NCBI GenBank assembly: GCA_964016885.1
Contig: OZ024744.1
Coordinates: 40,920,001 to 40,984,000, forward strand
Length of the DNA: 64,000 bases
Direction: 5' to 3'
From: Eledone cirrhosa
Taxonomy: Eukaryota
Every line of letters starts with the position of its first letter. The first letter of the stretch is position 1. The position numbers were made by a program, and so were the translations under genes. Shown here in pieces: positions 36,513-49,833 of the stretch. The notes under the pieces were generated by a model. The model was not told where the DNA came from. It did no database searches and saw only the letters and a program-made list of their open reading frames with translations.

Positions 36513-38484
36513 TTACCTTACTTCTCGTAGGGGAAGGACGGTTTTTCCATCCTTTTCACTGCTTGTGGCCTCCTCAGGAAGGATGTCCTTATAAATCCTC
36601 CTGGAGAGTGCTTGTCGGAAGTCTCCGATGTCTTTGGGGAATTTTTGTTTTAGTGTCATGTACGTTTTCTGTGTGATGCGAGTGATTTGTATGTGTGGAG
36701 GTGGTGTGAATTTTGGGGTTGTTGTGTAGTCTTTTTCTGTGATGCTGGTGTTGTGTTGGATGTAGTGTAATAATTGCTTGTTGTTCCAATTTAATGCTGT
36801 GTAGTGTGTATCGTTTTGGTTGTTTTGTTTTGTTTGCGTTTGTTGTGGGTTTGTTTCTGTTTCGCATTTTGGTGACTTTTGTGGTGTAGGTGATGGTGGT
36901 GCTGGAGTTAATGATGGTGATGGTGTTGGTGTTTGGGTTGATGGGGTTGGTGATGCTGGTGTGGATGGTGGCATATCTGTCCTAACTTTTTTGTTTCTTA
37001 GTTTATTTGTTTCCCTCTGTATTTTGTTTTTGGAGGGGGAAGGAAGAGAATTTTTTCTTTTTTGGTTTCTTTTTTTTTTTCCGGATATCGTTTCCCACTC
37101 CTCGTCGTCACAATCTGTCTCCAGTTGTGATAGGCCGGGGAGTAGAAAATCCTCCACAGCCGTTAGTTTTGGTTGTGGTGTGGTGGATGGTGTAGGCGCT
37201 GGTGCTAGTTCTGAAGCGTTGGGTGGTGGTGGTGTTGGTTTTGCTGGTGGTGGTAGTGGTGTTGGTTTTGTTACTGTTGCCGGGGTTGTTGCTGTTATAG
37301 TTGCTTCTGTTGTTGCTGCTACAGTTGTTGCTGCCATCTCTGCTACTGGTGGTGTTGATGGTTGTGTCACTGGGGTGGGTAGGAGAGGTGGCCTCAACCT
37401 TTTAGCCTGAGGGCAGAAAGCCCTTAGGTGGGTTCCTTCACCACAAACGACACACCTAGGTCTTCTTCCCTCGACAATTACCGTGAGGTGGCTGCCGTCA
37501 GTGAGGTCTATTACCTCTGGGATCTCCTCAATGCTTTTTTGGTCCGCTTGGATCAGGAGCTCCATCCCAGATCCGGACCAGTTTTCCTGCTTTTCTTTTG
37601 CTATTGCTATTATTTTCGTGTTGGCTTCGATGTCGGCGAGGACAGCCGCTATTAGCCAGGGAATTTCGATGGCCGGTGGAACGTGGGTCACCCTGATCTT
37701 TACGAGTCTCCGGCCACAATAGCTTGGGACGAGTGTGAAGTCGTCACTTTTTAATGGGGCCATGGAGTGTTCTCTAGCCTCCTCTGGTGTTTCAAAGAAA
37801 CCATCCACGGTTCCATACTTTTGCCCACGTCTGATGTGGGTTTTTCTTGCCCACACATGTCCCAAAGCTTTTTGGATTTGGGACTCGGATGCCCGTTCCA
37901 CTCGGCGCGATTTTACATTTATTGTTCTATACGACACGGTGCATAGGCGCCGATGCTCCATTTTATTAGGTGTGTGGGGGGGGGGAGGCTGATCCTGTAC
38001 CCATCTTTCTTTACCATTTGTTTGGCATTTTCTAAATCCTCCTGAGTTACCGGGAATGCTTCAAACTGTTTTGCTACTATGGCGAAACTGAGGGTCGGTT
38101 TTATAATGTCATTGTTGTTGTTGTTGCTATCGTTATTTGTGTTAATATTAATTTTAGTTTCAGTTGTGATGGTGGTGACGTCAGTCGTCTTTGGTGGCGA
38201 AGAGTCCATTTTGCTTGATTTCATTTCGACATCACGAGTTAATTTATTTTTTTCTTCTTTTGTTTCTGTTGTCGCGGTGGTGGTGGTGGTGGAGGCTTTA
38301 ACACCTGCAGTCATTGGTAATGGCGAGAAATGAATGTCTGCCTGAGACAAAGTTAAAATATTGCTAATGCTTATATTTTTTTTGTGTTGGCAAACGTAGT
38401 AACATTTACAATGGTGGTGTCGGTGTGAGGTGTTAATTTGTGAGGAAGGCTTTCAGCTGCTTGTTGCAGAGATGAATTAGCCAT
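36513..38484 (-). CDS. Tx1 ORF1 (RRM-like region, CCHC zinc knuckle, Pro/Thr-rich region); two frameshifts at homopolymers
   Basis: ATG at 38484 (MANSSLQQ). Frames shift at the T-run ~38376-38383 and the G-run ~37976-37986. GRRPRCVVCGEGTHLRAFCP knuckle in ORF 36513-37961. Confidence 0.85.
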
Positions 38485-38691
38485 TTCTTTCAAAGAAATT
38501 TTTTGATAATAATAAAAGTTTAAATTTTGGGAACAAGGCCCCAATCTTTTTGGGTGTCCTTTTCGGAAAACAATGTATGTGCGCTTATAAACAGTTAACA
38601 ATAAAATTTTCCATAAATGACAATTTTTAACAAACGGAAATAACAAACCTTTGCGGAGCTCACGATGATACGATTTACTACGTAGGTCGCC

Positions 38692-38748
<57 letters not shown>

Positions 38749-38750
<2 letters not shown>

Positions 38751-41700
38751 TTTCTTTATTAACCACAAGGGTTTACATAAAGTAGACATTAAGGACAGTG
38801 CAGGACAATGCAGGACGGTACAAATGGGCATTTCTGCGTGTAAAAAAAAAACAAAAACAGAGGATGTAACAAAAATAACAATGAAAATAACAATGAAAAA
38901 TTCCCCAATAGGGGGGAGACTTCGGAGGGACATTTGTGGAGAAAGCCCAGTAAAAAGCCACAATGACCCTGACCACCAAGGCAAGTACCCTCACCCAGTT
39001 TTCTACCTTTAATTTACAGATATATACTCAGAGTAGGCCCATTCACTCGGGCCATTCTTGCTTCTCTCACCCATCTTTCAACAAAATGCTGGGAAGAGAG
39101 CACTTCCCTCTCTACTCTGATTTTCGTTTTCAAATGAAATTTGAGAAAGTCAATCAGAGCATCACCGAAGAGGTAAGTGCTCGTCTTCAGCCCTTTCAAA
39201 TGTGTCCACCATACTATCTCTTTCGCCATGGCCACCAGACAGATAAAAACTGCCTGCCCGTCCCGGCTAAAGGAGGAGGGCTGGGCAATCCTCACGATGG
39301 ACTCAGCTGATAGCCGGATCCGTCCTAAACGCGACAGCAGGTGTTCGACATAAACCCACAAGTCAGCAATGCTCGGACACTGGACGAGTGCGTGCAGGAC
39401 GGTTTCGTCGCCCTGCGCGTATCTTGGACATGCCCGGCTGACGGCACCTCCATGCCTGTAGAGTTTATCCCGAACTGGCAAGGCTCCTCGGTAGCACTGC
39501 CAGGCCAGAGATTTCTGGAAGTGGTCCATAGGCCCTGGCCCGAAAGTTCTTCCGAAGAGATTGGCTAGTTGATTTTCGTCGACGCCTAGAGTTTCCCCAA
39601 GTACGTCGTCGCTCTTCCCCTCCACTAATCATCTATAGAACGCCGAGGTGGAGTTTCCACCGATCACATTGCCCGATTGGTCGAGGGCTGTGAGCGCCTG
39701 AAGACATTCCAGTCTCCAGGCGCTCCCTCTCGGTCTTCGCTTGACCCAGGACTGCAGCTCCGTCAAGGAAACGAGCTGGGGAAATATGTGTCTACCAAAC
39801 GGCGACCACACCTGATCACCGTCGAGGAAGAGGTGGAGATGTCGTAGCCTGAGCGCGTGCCTGCGCACCATCAGCCACGGCATGCCCAGCCCTCCACGTA
39901 GCGGGTGTTGACAGCAGATGGACCGCCTGACCATCGGAGCGCGTCCCTTCCACAAAAAGCGAAAGAGCAAACGCTCCAGCGCAGTCAGGCGAGGCTTAGG
40001 ACAAGGTACGACGGTCAGGCGGTAGCAGATGACGGACGCGATGTACGCGTTAGCCACCTCCGCTCGACCTTTCAGGGATAGCTTCCTCTCCGCCCGTTTC
40101 TGGGTGAGAGAAGCCACCCTGCTCGTCACCTCGTCCCAGTTTTTGTCCGTCTGGAGGTCCGGACCGAACCAGACCCCTAGCAATTTAACCGGTCCGTCCG
40201 TCCAGCGTCCGACGACGCTGTTGGACAGCATGGACCTGCCTCTCCAGGTGCCGAGCTGCAGGCCCACTGACTTTTTCTGGTTGATCATTGCTCCTGTCAC
40301 CGCTTCGTATTCTCTTAGTGTAGTGCCGATCGCCTCGATGTGTTTGGCGTTCGACACCACTACGGTGACATCGTCGGCATATGCTGACACGGATCTTCCG
40401 CATCCTAATTCGCGCAGGATGCCCCTCAACGTCTCCAGTTTGTGCAGTAATGGCTCGAGAGTCAATACGTACAAGAAGGACGAGAGGGGACATCCTTGGC
40501 GGACCGAGCGCATGATGTTGAACGGTTCCGACAGATGACCGTTCACTCTCACCACAGAGCAGATGTCGCTGTGCATGGCAGCGATCCAGCCTCTGAAGAC
40601 GGGCCCAAAGCCAGCCGCCCTCAGGACTGCCGCTAGGTAACGATGGTCGACCCTATCGAAAGCTTTCGACTGATCTAAATTGATCAAGGACCCACCCGTG
40701 CCAGGTTCCCTAGCTACCCTCTCTACGATGTATCGCATGAGGTGGAGGTTGCCGTGGATGGATCTGTCGGGAATGGCGCATGTCTGCGCCTCTCCCACCA
40801 GACCACCAACGACAAGCGCCAACCTCTTTGTTAGCACCTTGGCCAAAATCTTGAACTCTGTGTTTAACAGAGTTATGGGCCGGAAATTATCTATGTTATC
40901 CCCCTTGTTCGGATCCTTTCTCAGCAGTGCCACCGCTCCTCGGCTCACAGAGCTGGGAATTCTGCCGTTCTGTTGCCAGTTGCAGTAGACGTCCGCCAAG
41001 AGGCCTCCGAAGAAGTCTGGCAGCTGCACGTAAAGTTCATAGGGCAGACCATCCAAACCAGGCGATTTACCCCTTGTGCAGCCAGTCATTGCCTCCCTTA
41101 CTTCAGCGGCTGTAATCGGCTTTTCGCAACACTCCGCCTCAGTGGTCGAGAGCCGCGGCAGTCCGTCGAGGTAGATACTAAAGTCCATCCCTCGACCCGG
41201 CCCACCGCTGCCCCCGAACAGCTGAGCGAAGTGTCGCTGAAAAGCTTCACACATTTGCCCGGGATCGAGTAGCATGCGCCCGTCGTGGTCCACCAAAGAC
41301 CGGATCGTGGCTTTGTTGCCACGACGCGCATCCGCCACTCGGGCCCATTAAACGGCTTTCGTCCCCTCGTGTCTGAGAGCACGCACCCTTGCTCTGACAA
41401 CGCAGCCTTCGCGCTTTGCATTGAAGAATTGGTCAAGAGCCAATTTCGCCGCACGTCGGTCGCATGCCTTTGCTAAGCGCCTTGTCTAATTTTCTAACTA
41501 GTTCTCCCTCTGCTCTATTTTTCTCTATTGCTAAAGCCTTACTAAACCTAATCGATTCTATTCTAATCGCTCATTTCAGAGCAAACCACCACTTGTTGTT
41601 GACGATGGCTCCCGTCAACGCCCGCTTAACTAGTTCGCTAATCCGGTCTCTGTAGGCCTTGCGCGCTGGTAAGGACGCGTTTAGCTTCCAGTAGCCGAGT

Positions 41701-44700
41701 CCTCGTCTATGGAGCCTATCTAATTCAAGCACACAGATCACGAATTTGTGGTCCGTGTAGCTGACTATCTTGAATTGTGGACAGCCTATGCTAGACCTAT
41801 CTATTTCCCTACAAAATACTCTATCTAGATATGATCTGGATGACCCTATGCGATTTGTCCAAGTCCACATTGGCACATTCGGGAAATCCAATCGGTACCT
41901 GTCAGACAGTTCAAAACGCCTGAGCAGGTTGCTGAGGCTCTTGCACCCTCCACCTCTATCCGCTAATCCCACACAGTCCCAGCGTGCATCTAAGATCCCG
42001 TTCCAGTCACCCATTAACACTAAAGAGCGGGACGTTCCAAGAAAAGTCTCCAGACGCTGGAAGAAATCAGGCCGCCCTGCTCATGTCGGGGCATAGACGG
42101 CCACTAGCCTGAAAGCTTGCCTGTCTCCGCTGGTCACGTCCAGCACCACCAGCTTACCCTCTGGGTCCAGGAAGATGGCCCGTATGGCGAGATCCAAACC
42201 TCTCCGAAAAAACACAGCAACTCCTCCCCCCCCCCCGATCCAGGACGGCTGGGAGATGCGTACACATCGTAGCCGCCGAAGATCGGTGCGAAGGCCCATG
42301 CTTCGGAGATTCTGGTCTCGCTGATGGCCACTACATCTATGTTTAGTGACCTGAGGTCGTTGAGCAGGTGACCCTGCTTCCATGACGACCCCAAGCCACG
42401 CGCATTTATGCTGCCTATTCTGAGTGAGGTCATGTTTAAAATAGAGTGGAAAAGATGGGAAAGACCACTTACCGTACTTTTGGTAGAGGAGGGATGGTTT
42501 TTACATCCCTTTTCACTTGATCGTCTGGTGAAGGGACCGTTGAATCGTCCCTTCGGCTGGTCGTCGGCTCTTCTATGAGAATGTCTGAATATACTCTTCG
42601 ATTGCTAGTTCCTCCTAGGTCCCTGAAATCACCAACTGCGTTGGGGAATTTCGTTTTAATGTTTGTGTATTGTTTCTGTGCTATTTTTAGCAGTCTTATG
42701 TTAGTTGGCCTTTTGATTGGTGCTGGTATTATGTAGTCGTGTTGTGAAATGTCTGTGTGTTCAATTATGTAAGTCATTAGTTTCTTGTTGTGTGTATTTA
42801 TTGCCGTGCATTTGTTTTTCTGGGGGTGGGGTGTGGTTCTGCTATTTTCTTGTCGTTGTTGCTGGGTGTGTGTGTTTTGTTGTTGTGTTTGCGATGTTGG
42901 TGCTTGTGATGGTGGTGTTGAAGGTGTTGTTGGCGGTGGGGTTGTCGCCGGTGGTGATGGTGGTGCTAGTGTGGGTGGTGATGGTGTTGGTTGTGTTGCT
43001 GCTGTGGGTCTCTTTGCAGTAGACTTTACCCTTTTCTCATTTCTTTCCTCCCTTTTCAAAGGCGACGATGCGCTGCTTCTGCGTTTGTGCCTTCTTACGA
43101 CCTTTTGCCATCCCTCTCCCACCTCACACTCCATGTCTGATTCTGTGAGGTCGGGGAGGCGTACCAGCTCCACTCATTCACTTGTTGTTGTTGGTGATGT
43201 TTGCACTGGAGTCTCTGTTGAAGCTGCATTTGGTATTGCTGTTGTTGTTAATATTTCCACTGCTGCTGCTGTTTTTGATTTCCGTGGCGTGGGTATGGGT
43301 GCCACGGACCTATCGTTCCTGGTTGCCGCTTGTCCTGTTGCTGGTAGCCGTGGAGCCGGTTTCGGAAGGAGGGGGGGGGGTCTCCTTTCTCAGGGTCTTC
43401 TCGTTGCAGAAGGCCCTGAGGTGAGTCTTCGATCCACAGCGAAAGCATTTCGGGCGTTTTCCCTCAACACTTATGGGCAGTTGAGTGCTGTTATCGAAGT
43501 CTATCACATCCGAGATAGCTTCGATGCACTCCTGGTTGGTTTGGATTAGCATCTCAATGGAGGTGCCGACCCAATCTTCTCTTACTTTTTTCTGTACTTG
43601 CAGTACAGTTGTTTTGTCCTCGATTCCGACGAGGACAGACGCGGCCAGCCAAGAAGGGGCCATCCTGGGGGGGGGGGGGGGGGGGGGCGTGGGTCAGTTT
43701 GACCGTCACAATTTTTTGCCCGCAGTAGGAGGGCACCAACAGCATTTCCTCGCTCTTTAGGGTCACTACGGATTGAGCCTTTGCCTCCTGGGGTGTGGAA
43801 AAAAGTACGTCTACGGTGGCATATTTTTTGCCTCGGGTGATGTGCGTTTTCCGCTGCCACACAGACCCCAAGGCTTTTTGTATTTGAGCCTCTGTGGCTC
43901 TTTCAACCCTACGGGATTTTGTACTTACTGTACGGTACCTGACCGTACAGTGCTGTTGGGTTTCGAAAAATGTTTCCGCTGCCTTGCAGATTGCTCGGTG
44001 TCCAGTCTTTGTCACCATCTTCTTCGCTTCCTCTAATTCCTCATTTGTTATAAGGATTGTTTCCAGGTTCTTCGTAATACCTGCAAATGAGATTGGTTTT
44101 TCTTTGCTGCTGTTGTTGTTGTTGTCGTCAGAGCTGCTGTTACTTTTGTTGTTGCTGCAGGTACTACGACTACTGCCTCCGCCGCTGTTGCTGTGGTTGT
44201 TGGTGTTGCTGCTGCTAATGCTGTTGTTGTTTATGCTGCTGGTGATGCTTTTGTGGCTGCTACTGTTGTTTTCATTGTCACTGTTGGTGTTGTTATTACG
44301 GCTGCTACTGCTATTATTCCTGACGTCAGACGAATGAAATGGGTTTTCGTATTTCCCGCACACCTGTTTCGTCGTTGTCGTCGTCGTCGTGGAGAAATCT
44401 TGCACGCTTTGCACAAGACTTTTCTTTTCTTTCGTCGCTTGCGAAAGAGAAGGGAGGGAGAGAGACACATTTAAAGAAGGGAGGGAGAGAGACAATCTTC
44501 TCTCTGCTGTAGTGATGATTGAGGAAGAAGAAGACGGAATGAGTGGGAGTGACCTATGAAAATTCTTTTTCGTAGCCATGTTGTTTTTTTTTGTTTAAAA
44601 TAAATATTGGGCACAAAACCCCAATAAGCAGTTATTTAACCCCGAAGGGCCAAATAACGGGCAGAAAGACCCCTCTCACGAGGAGGAGGGTGTTTTTGTC

Positions 44701-44796
44701 TACACGTTCGTTAAAGTTTTAAACAATTTACAATTGTTATAGCGTTCAAAATTTACAATACCTTACAGAGCCGAGCCTCCGTCAACCATAGCATTC
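38749..44796 (-). mobile_element. Full-length Tx1 family A copy 2 (ORF2 39014-42433 disrupted; divergent ORF1 42469-44579)
   Basis: ORF2 pieces are nearly identical to copy 1. ORF1 has GKRPKCFRCGSKTHLRAFC. Bounded by (TAA)n 38692-38748 and 44797-44855. Confidence 0.95.
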
Positions 44797-44855
<59 letters not shown>

Positions 44856-45702
44856 GGAAGGGAAGAAGACGCATGTGATGGTAGAAGGTCATGAAATCGC
44901 TTCCGTAAGTCTTTGATTTTTCACATATTTAAATCAATCGTGAAATAACAATTCTTAGTACAAATGTTGCATAAACCACCGAATCAAGTCCCATAAAATT
45001 TCGGATCCATATTATATTGTTATATCGCTCAAATATTCAATTTTGTATTATATATTTTGTATTCAAAAAAGAAAATGGTTATAAATGGAAGAAAACACCC
45101 TCTGTCTACACTCTATAGAACAGCCAAATAACAGCAATTTCACTAACACCAGAAACTTGATACACCACCTACCCCATCACACTAAATATAACAGCCAGAT
45201 AACGGCAATTTCACCACCACCACCACCACCAGTCCCAGCATCATAATAATAATTACTATTATTATTGTCTCAAGTTTTAACAAAATGTTTAATTCCAATT
45301 TTACGGGAATATGTCAACACAATATATATTAAACATACGCGACACAAACTCATAGATACTACATATCACAAAACTCAGTAACGACAACGCCACCGCCGCC
45401 ACCACTCCATCCATCATTGCTACCACTATCCCATCACCGCCGCCACCACTCCTTCATTGCTACCACCACTATTCCCCTGTTAACTTGAGAAAGGGGAAGC
45501 TGGCGGTATCACTAGACAAGGGGGAGGCTAGCAAAAGATATAAATAGATTGACTTAGTGACCTGGCCACCGGCCAAACGTCAACATCAACAACAATGGCA
45601 CTACTGGCTCACCGCTTTCTCACCAACAATATAAAAAGCCCCAGCACCACCACCGACATAGCCAACAACAATAACAGGCAACTTCAGCAAAAAGTATATT
45701 AT

Positions 45703-45762
45703 ATTACTGTAATGCACTGGGTGATTGCTGGCCTTGTGCCTGGAGTGGAGACCATTATTAAT
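45703..45762 (+). mobile_element. SINE 3' fragment
   Basis: 'aatgcactgggtgattgctggccttgtgcc' matches the SINE 3' end at 27290-27325. Confidence 0.6.
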
Positions 45763-48700
45763 AATTTCATTTTTAAGCCACGCAATGCTCACATTAAGGA
45801 ACCACTCATGATAATAACAATTTTAAAAAAACAACAAAAAGAAAACCCCGTGACCAAGAAATACCGGGATGGCGGCTGGCGGGGAATAGCCGTATCTCTA
45901 GGGGAGAACGACCCCTCTAGTCTTGGTTGACACTCATTCTAGAAGAGGTAACACGAAATGATTACCCCTTGGCGGATAAGGATAAAACGCGACAAAATAA
46001 AGTAAATGTCTAATGATAAAATCTGATACCGGATCGGCCGTCACTCGGGCAAAAAAGGGCTGCGTCCCTCAGAGAGGAACCAGACTGGGGTCGAAAAATC
46101 AGCTAATGGTTCAAACCTTCCCATCACTTCGGAGCTGGAGACCTCCCATAACCGGAATACTCCTACTGTTGGCACTCCATGCTCACCACCAAGAAATCCA
46201 AAGAAAAAGAGAGAAAAATGGTCAGGGGAAGATAATAAAGAAGTCCTTGAGGCTTTCTACACTGCCATGTACTACCCATCAAATACATCGAATACAGAAC
46301 AGACATATATCAACAGGAAAAAGAAACATCCCGAAAACAGAGGCTATATTGACAGTAACAAACTAGCCAATATTCGAAGAAATATTGTAAGAAAAAAGTT
46401 ACTAGCTGATATAGAAATTGATCAGATCAAGCTATTAGCACAAAGTCAGCGAAGGGAAAATGAAACATGTGTCAGTGAAATCGAGGTAAATTGTAACACT
46501 TCGAATCCCAAGGTTGGGGCGGAACCACTGGCAACAGAACAAATTAAAGAAAGGATCGAAAAAGTGGAGGGAGTGCATGCTCAGGATGAAACTCCAAATG
46601 AAAATAATGAGATCGTAAATGATAAAGAAATGAATGAGAATGAACTTGCCAACTTGAAGGATGAAATTATGATCGAATGGATGAAAATGAAAGAATCTGA
46701 CATGGGGCAACGAGACACCCTCCCTAAGATCCAGAACTCCAAACAGAACCAAAAGATAATACACAAGACTAACATGATTCTCAAAAACATTATCATCACA
46801 AACAAACTAAACATTACTGATTTAAATCATCTCTATTATGCATCGGCTAAAGTCACCACTCACTTATGTGGAGTAAAGATGAAAAAACAAAGGAATTCCC
46901 ACAAGAAATCTACTTGACAAGAGAACATCAATCGCAAAATAAACCTCCTCCGATCTGACATAGAAATTTTAACAAACTATAAAGTAGGTGAACATGTTAA
47001 ACAAACTAAACTTAGAAAATTGAAAAGGAAATACAGTATAAAATCAACAAATGACATAGACATGCTATAGAAATAATCAAGCAAAAATCGGCCAAAGCTG
47101 CTCGTATAAGGCGCTTTGAAAAATGATCTAGATTCTATAAGGACAATAATATATTCAAAAACAACCAAAGAAACTTCTACAGAAAAATTGATAAGTCAAC
47201 AATAACTGCTAAATCAATACCACCCAAGGAGGAAGTGCAAGAATTCTGGGAAAAGATCTGGGCCGAAGAAAAAGTTCATAACATACATGCCCCATGGATA
47301 GACAGAGAAATGAAAGATTCAGCTCACTTTGAAGAACAAATATGGGAAAATATAACAGTTGAACAGTTGCGCTTGGCTCTAAGAAAAACCAGCAGATGGA
47401 AATCCCGAGTAAAAGACAAAATACAAAATTTTTGGATAAATGCCTTCATAGAGTCTCACGAGCTGTTAGCCCAAATTTACAATGAAATAGTTAAGGAGCC
47501 AGAAAAGATACCATCATGGCTAGTTAACGGTATTACATTCCTGCTTCCGAAGAATGATGAGACAAACAATCCCAAAAATTACAGACCGATAACTTGCTTG
47601 ACCACAATGTATAAAATGTTAACATCAGTCCTAACTGAATACACATATGACCACCTGATAACAAATGACCTATTTCCCACTGAACAGAAAGGGTGTAAAC
47701 GAGGCTCATATGGCTGTAAGGATCAGCTTTTGGTTAACAAAATGATACTGGAAGATTGTCATAATAGACATAAAAATCTATCAATTGCTTGGATAGATTA
47801 TAAAAAAGCATTCGATAGTTAGCCACACAGTTGGATTGAAAAATGTTTAGAGATTTTCAAAATATCCCCCGTTGTCAGGAGGTTTTTGTCATTCAGTATG
47901 AGGACATGGAAAACGACACTCCTTTTGAATAGTGAAACAAAATCACTGGAAGCTGGAGAAATTAATATTAATTGTGGAATTTTTCAGGGTGACTCTTTAT
48001 CACCGCTTTTATTCTGCATCGCACTTATACCATTAAGTAAAATGCTCAATGAAACAAAACATGGATATAAAGTCTATGACAAAACCATTAATCACTTGTT
48101 CTACATGGATGACCTGAAACTATTTGCAAAAAATAATGAACAATTCCACTGTGGAGCAGTTCAGTGATGACATTAAAATGGAGTTTGGACTAGATAAATG
48201 CGCCAAAGCAACGTTCACCAGAGGAAAGCTGCTGAAGAGTTCAGACATTAATCTTGATCGAGGGAATGTGATAAGAGAACTTGATCAAGAAAAAACTTAC
48301 AAATATCTAGGTGTTTGTGAAAGAGACGGAATCAAGCAATCGACAATGAGGGAAAGGATAAGGAAGGAATGTTACCGCAGAGTAAGAGCAATCTTAAGAA
48401 CGGAATTGAATGCAAGGAATAGGATCGATGCCATAAACACGCTTGCCATACCAGTAGTAACCTACAGTTACAATGTCATCAACTGGTCAAGCACAGAGAT
48501 TCGTAGGCTCGATACAAAAATTCGAAAATTCTTAACCATGCAAAGAATGACTCACCTTAAGGCAGATATAGATAGAATATATCTCCCTAGGAAAGAAGGA
48601 GGCCGTGGGTCAATCCAGTTAGACATTGCGTTGAAAACTGCAACAATTGGATTATCTACAAATCTAAGGGAATCACATGATTGGATGATCAAACTCGTTT

Positions 48701-49767
48701 TGAAACAAGAAAGCATCAAAAGATCATACTCCATTACAAAAGATGCACAAAGATACAGTAATGGACTACACATTCCAGAAGTCCCATTTACCGCTGAAAT
48801 GGAAAACACAGAAAAAGCAAAGCAGGTAAAAGTAACTGCTACAGAAACTGGCTAAGAAATGGCAAGAAAAGCCTCTGTATGGAAAATACCAGAGCGAGCT
48901 AACAATCCTGATGTTGACAAAACTTTAACCCATCAGTGGTTGGCATCCTCTGGACTGAAATCGGAGACTGAAGGACTGATTATATCAGCACAAGATCAGT
49001 GTCTGCCAACAAAAAATTACCAAGCCAACATAATAAAAAACGGATGCAACCCATTATGCCGTGTGTGTAAAAAAACAACCAGAGACCATTGACCATATAA
49101 TTTCAATGTGCAGTCCTATAGCTCCAACCGAATACCTAAACAGGCATGACAGAGCTGCACAATACATACATTGGATAATGTGTAAGCATTTTGACCTGCC
49201 CCATCAAATGAATTGGTGGGAGCATCAACCACCTCCCATACTTGAAAAAGATCACATCTCAATCTTGTGGAACTTTAGCATCCAAACAGACCAGAAAATA
49301 AATGCAAATAGACCTGATATAATACTGAAGGACTTTAAAAAGAGGGTATGCCTGCTAATTGATATGTCTGTGCCAATAGACAAGAATGTATCTATAAAAA
49401 CATTTGAAAAATTGAGCAAGTACAAGGACCTGGAGATAGAAATTGGAAAAATGTGGAAATTGAGAACTAAAACAATACCAGTGGTTGTAAGCGCTCTGGG
49501 AATGATACCTAAGGGGTCTAATGATTACTTATCGCAAATCCCAGGAAACCCGCGTATAGGAGAAATACAAAAGATAGTACTAATGGGAACTGCCCATATA
49601 CTAAGGAAGATTCTGTCAATATAAGTACATCACAAGTCTAAACACTAAAGATGCATGTGTGAGTATGTATGTTCTTTCTTGAACATGGCGGACCTTGTTG
49701 TCTCTTGAGGTCACTGGTTGTGACTTAGTGATAACTCGTATGAACATTAAGCAAGATAAATGCAACT

Positions 49768-49768
<1 letters not shown>
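45763..49768 (+). mobile_element. Near full-length R4/Dong-clade element, family B (Myb-like N-terminus, RT, CCHC, REL), disrupted
   Basis: KWSGEDNKEVLEAFY..KLANIRRNIVRKKLL N-terminus; [29 protein letters not shown]; CRVC..ETIDHIISMC, RHD, RPDIILKD..LIDMSVP..EKLSKY. Followed by (TAA)n 49769-49832. The 5' boundary is approximate. Confidence 0.9.

Positions 49769-49832
<64 letters not shown>

Positions 49833-49833
<1 letters not shown>

Larger units (their letters stand above)
32816..38691 (-). mobile_element. Full-length Tx1-type non-LTR retrotransposon, family A copy 1
   Basis: 5'UTR, ORF1, intact ORF2 and 3'UTR with AATAAA. Bounded by (TAA)n 32748-32815 and 38692-38748. Confidence 0.95.

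Noticed and set aside
817-43686. Frameshifts at long G/C/T runs (817-835, ~37976-37986, ~38376-38383, ~42225-42236, ~43666-43686) as programmed frameshifting
   Set aside because: They occur at different positions in different copies and always in homopolymers. This is better explained by sequencing error or slippage.
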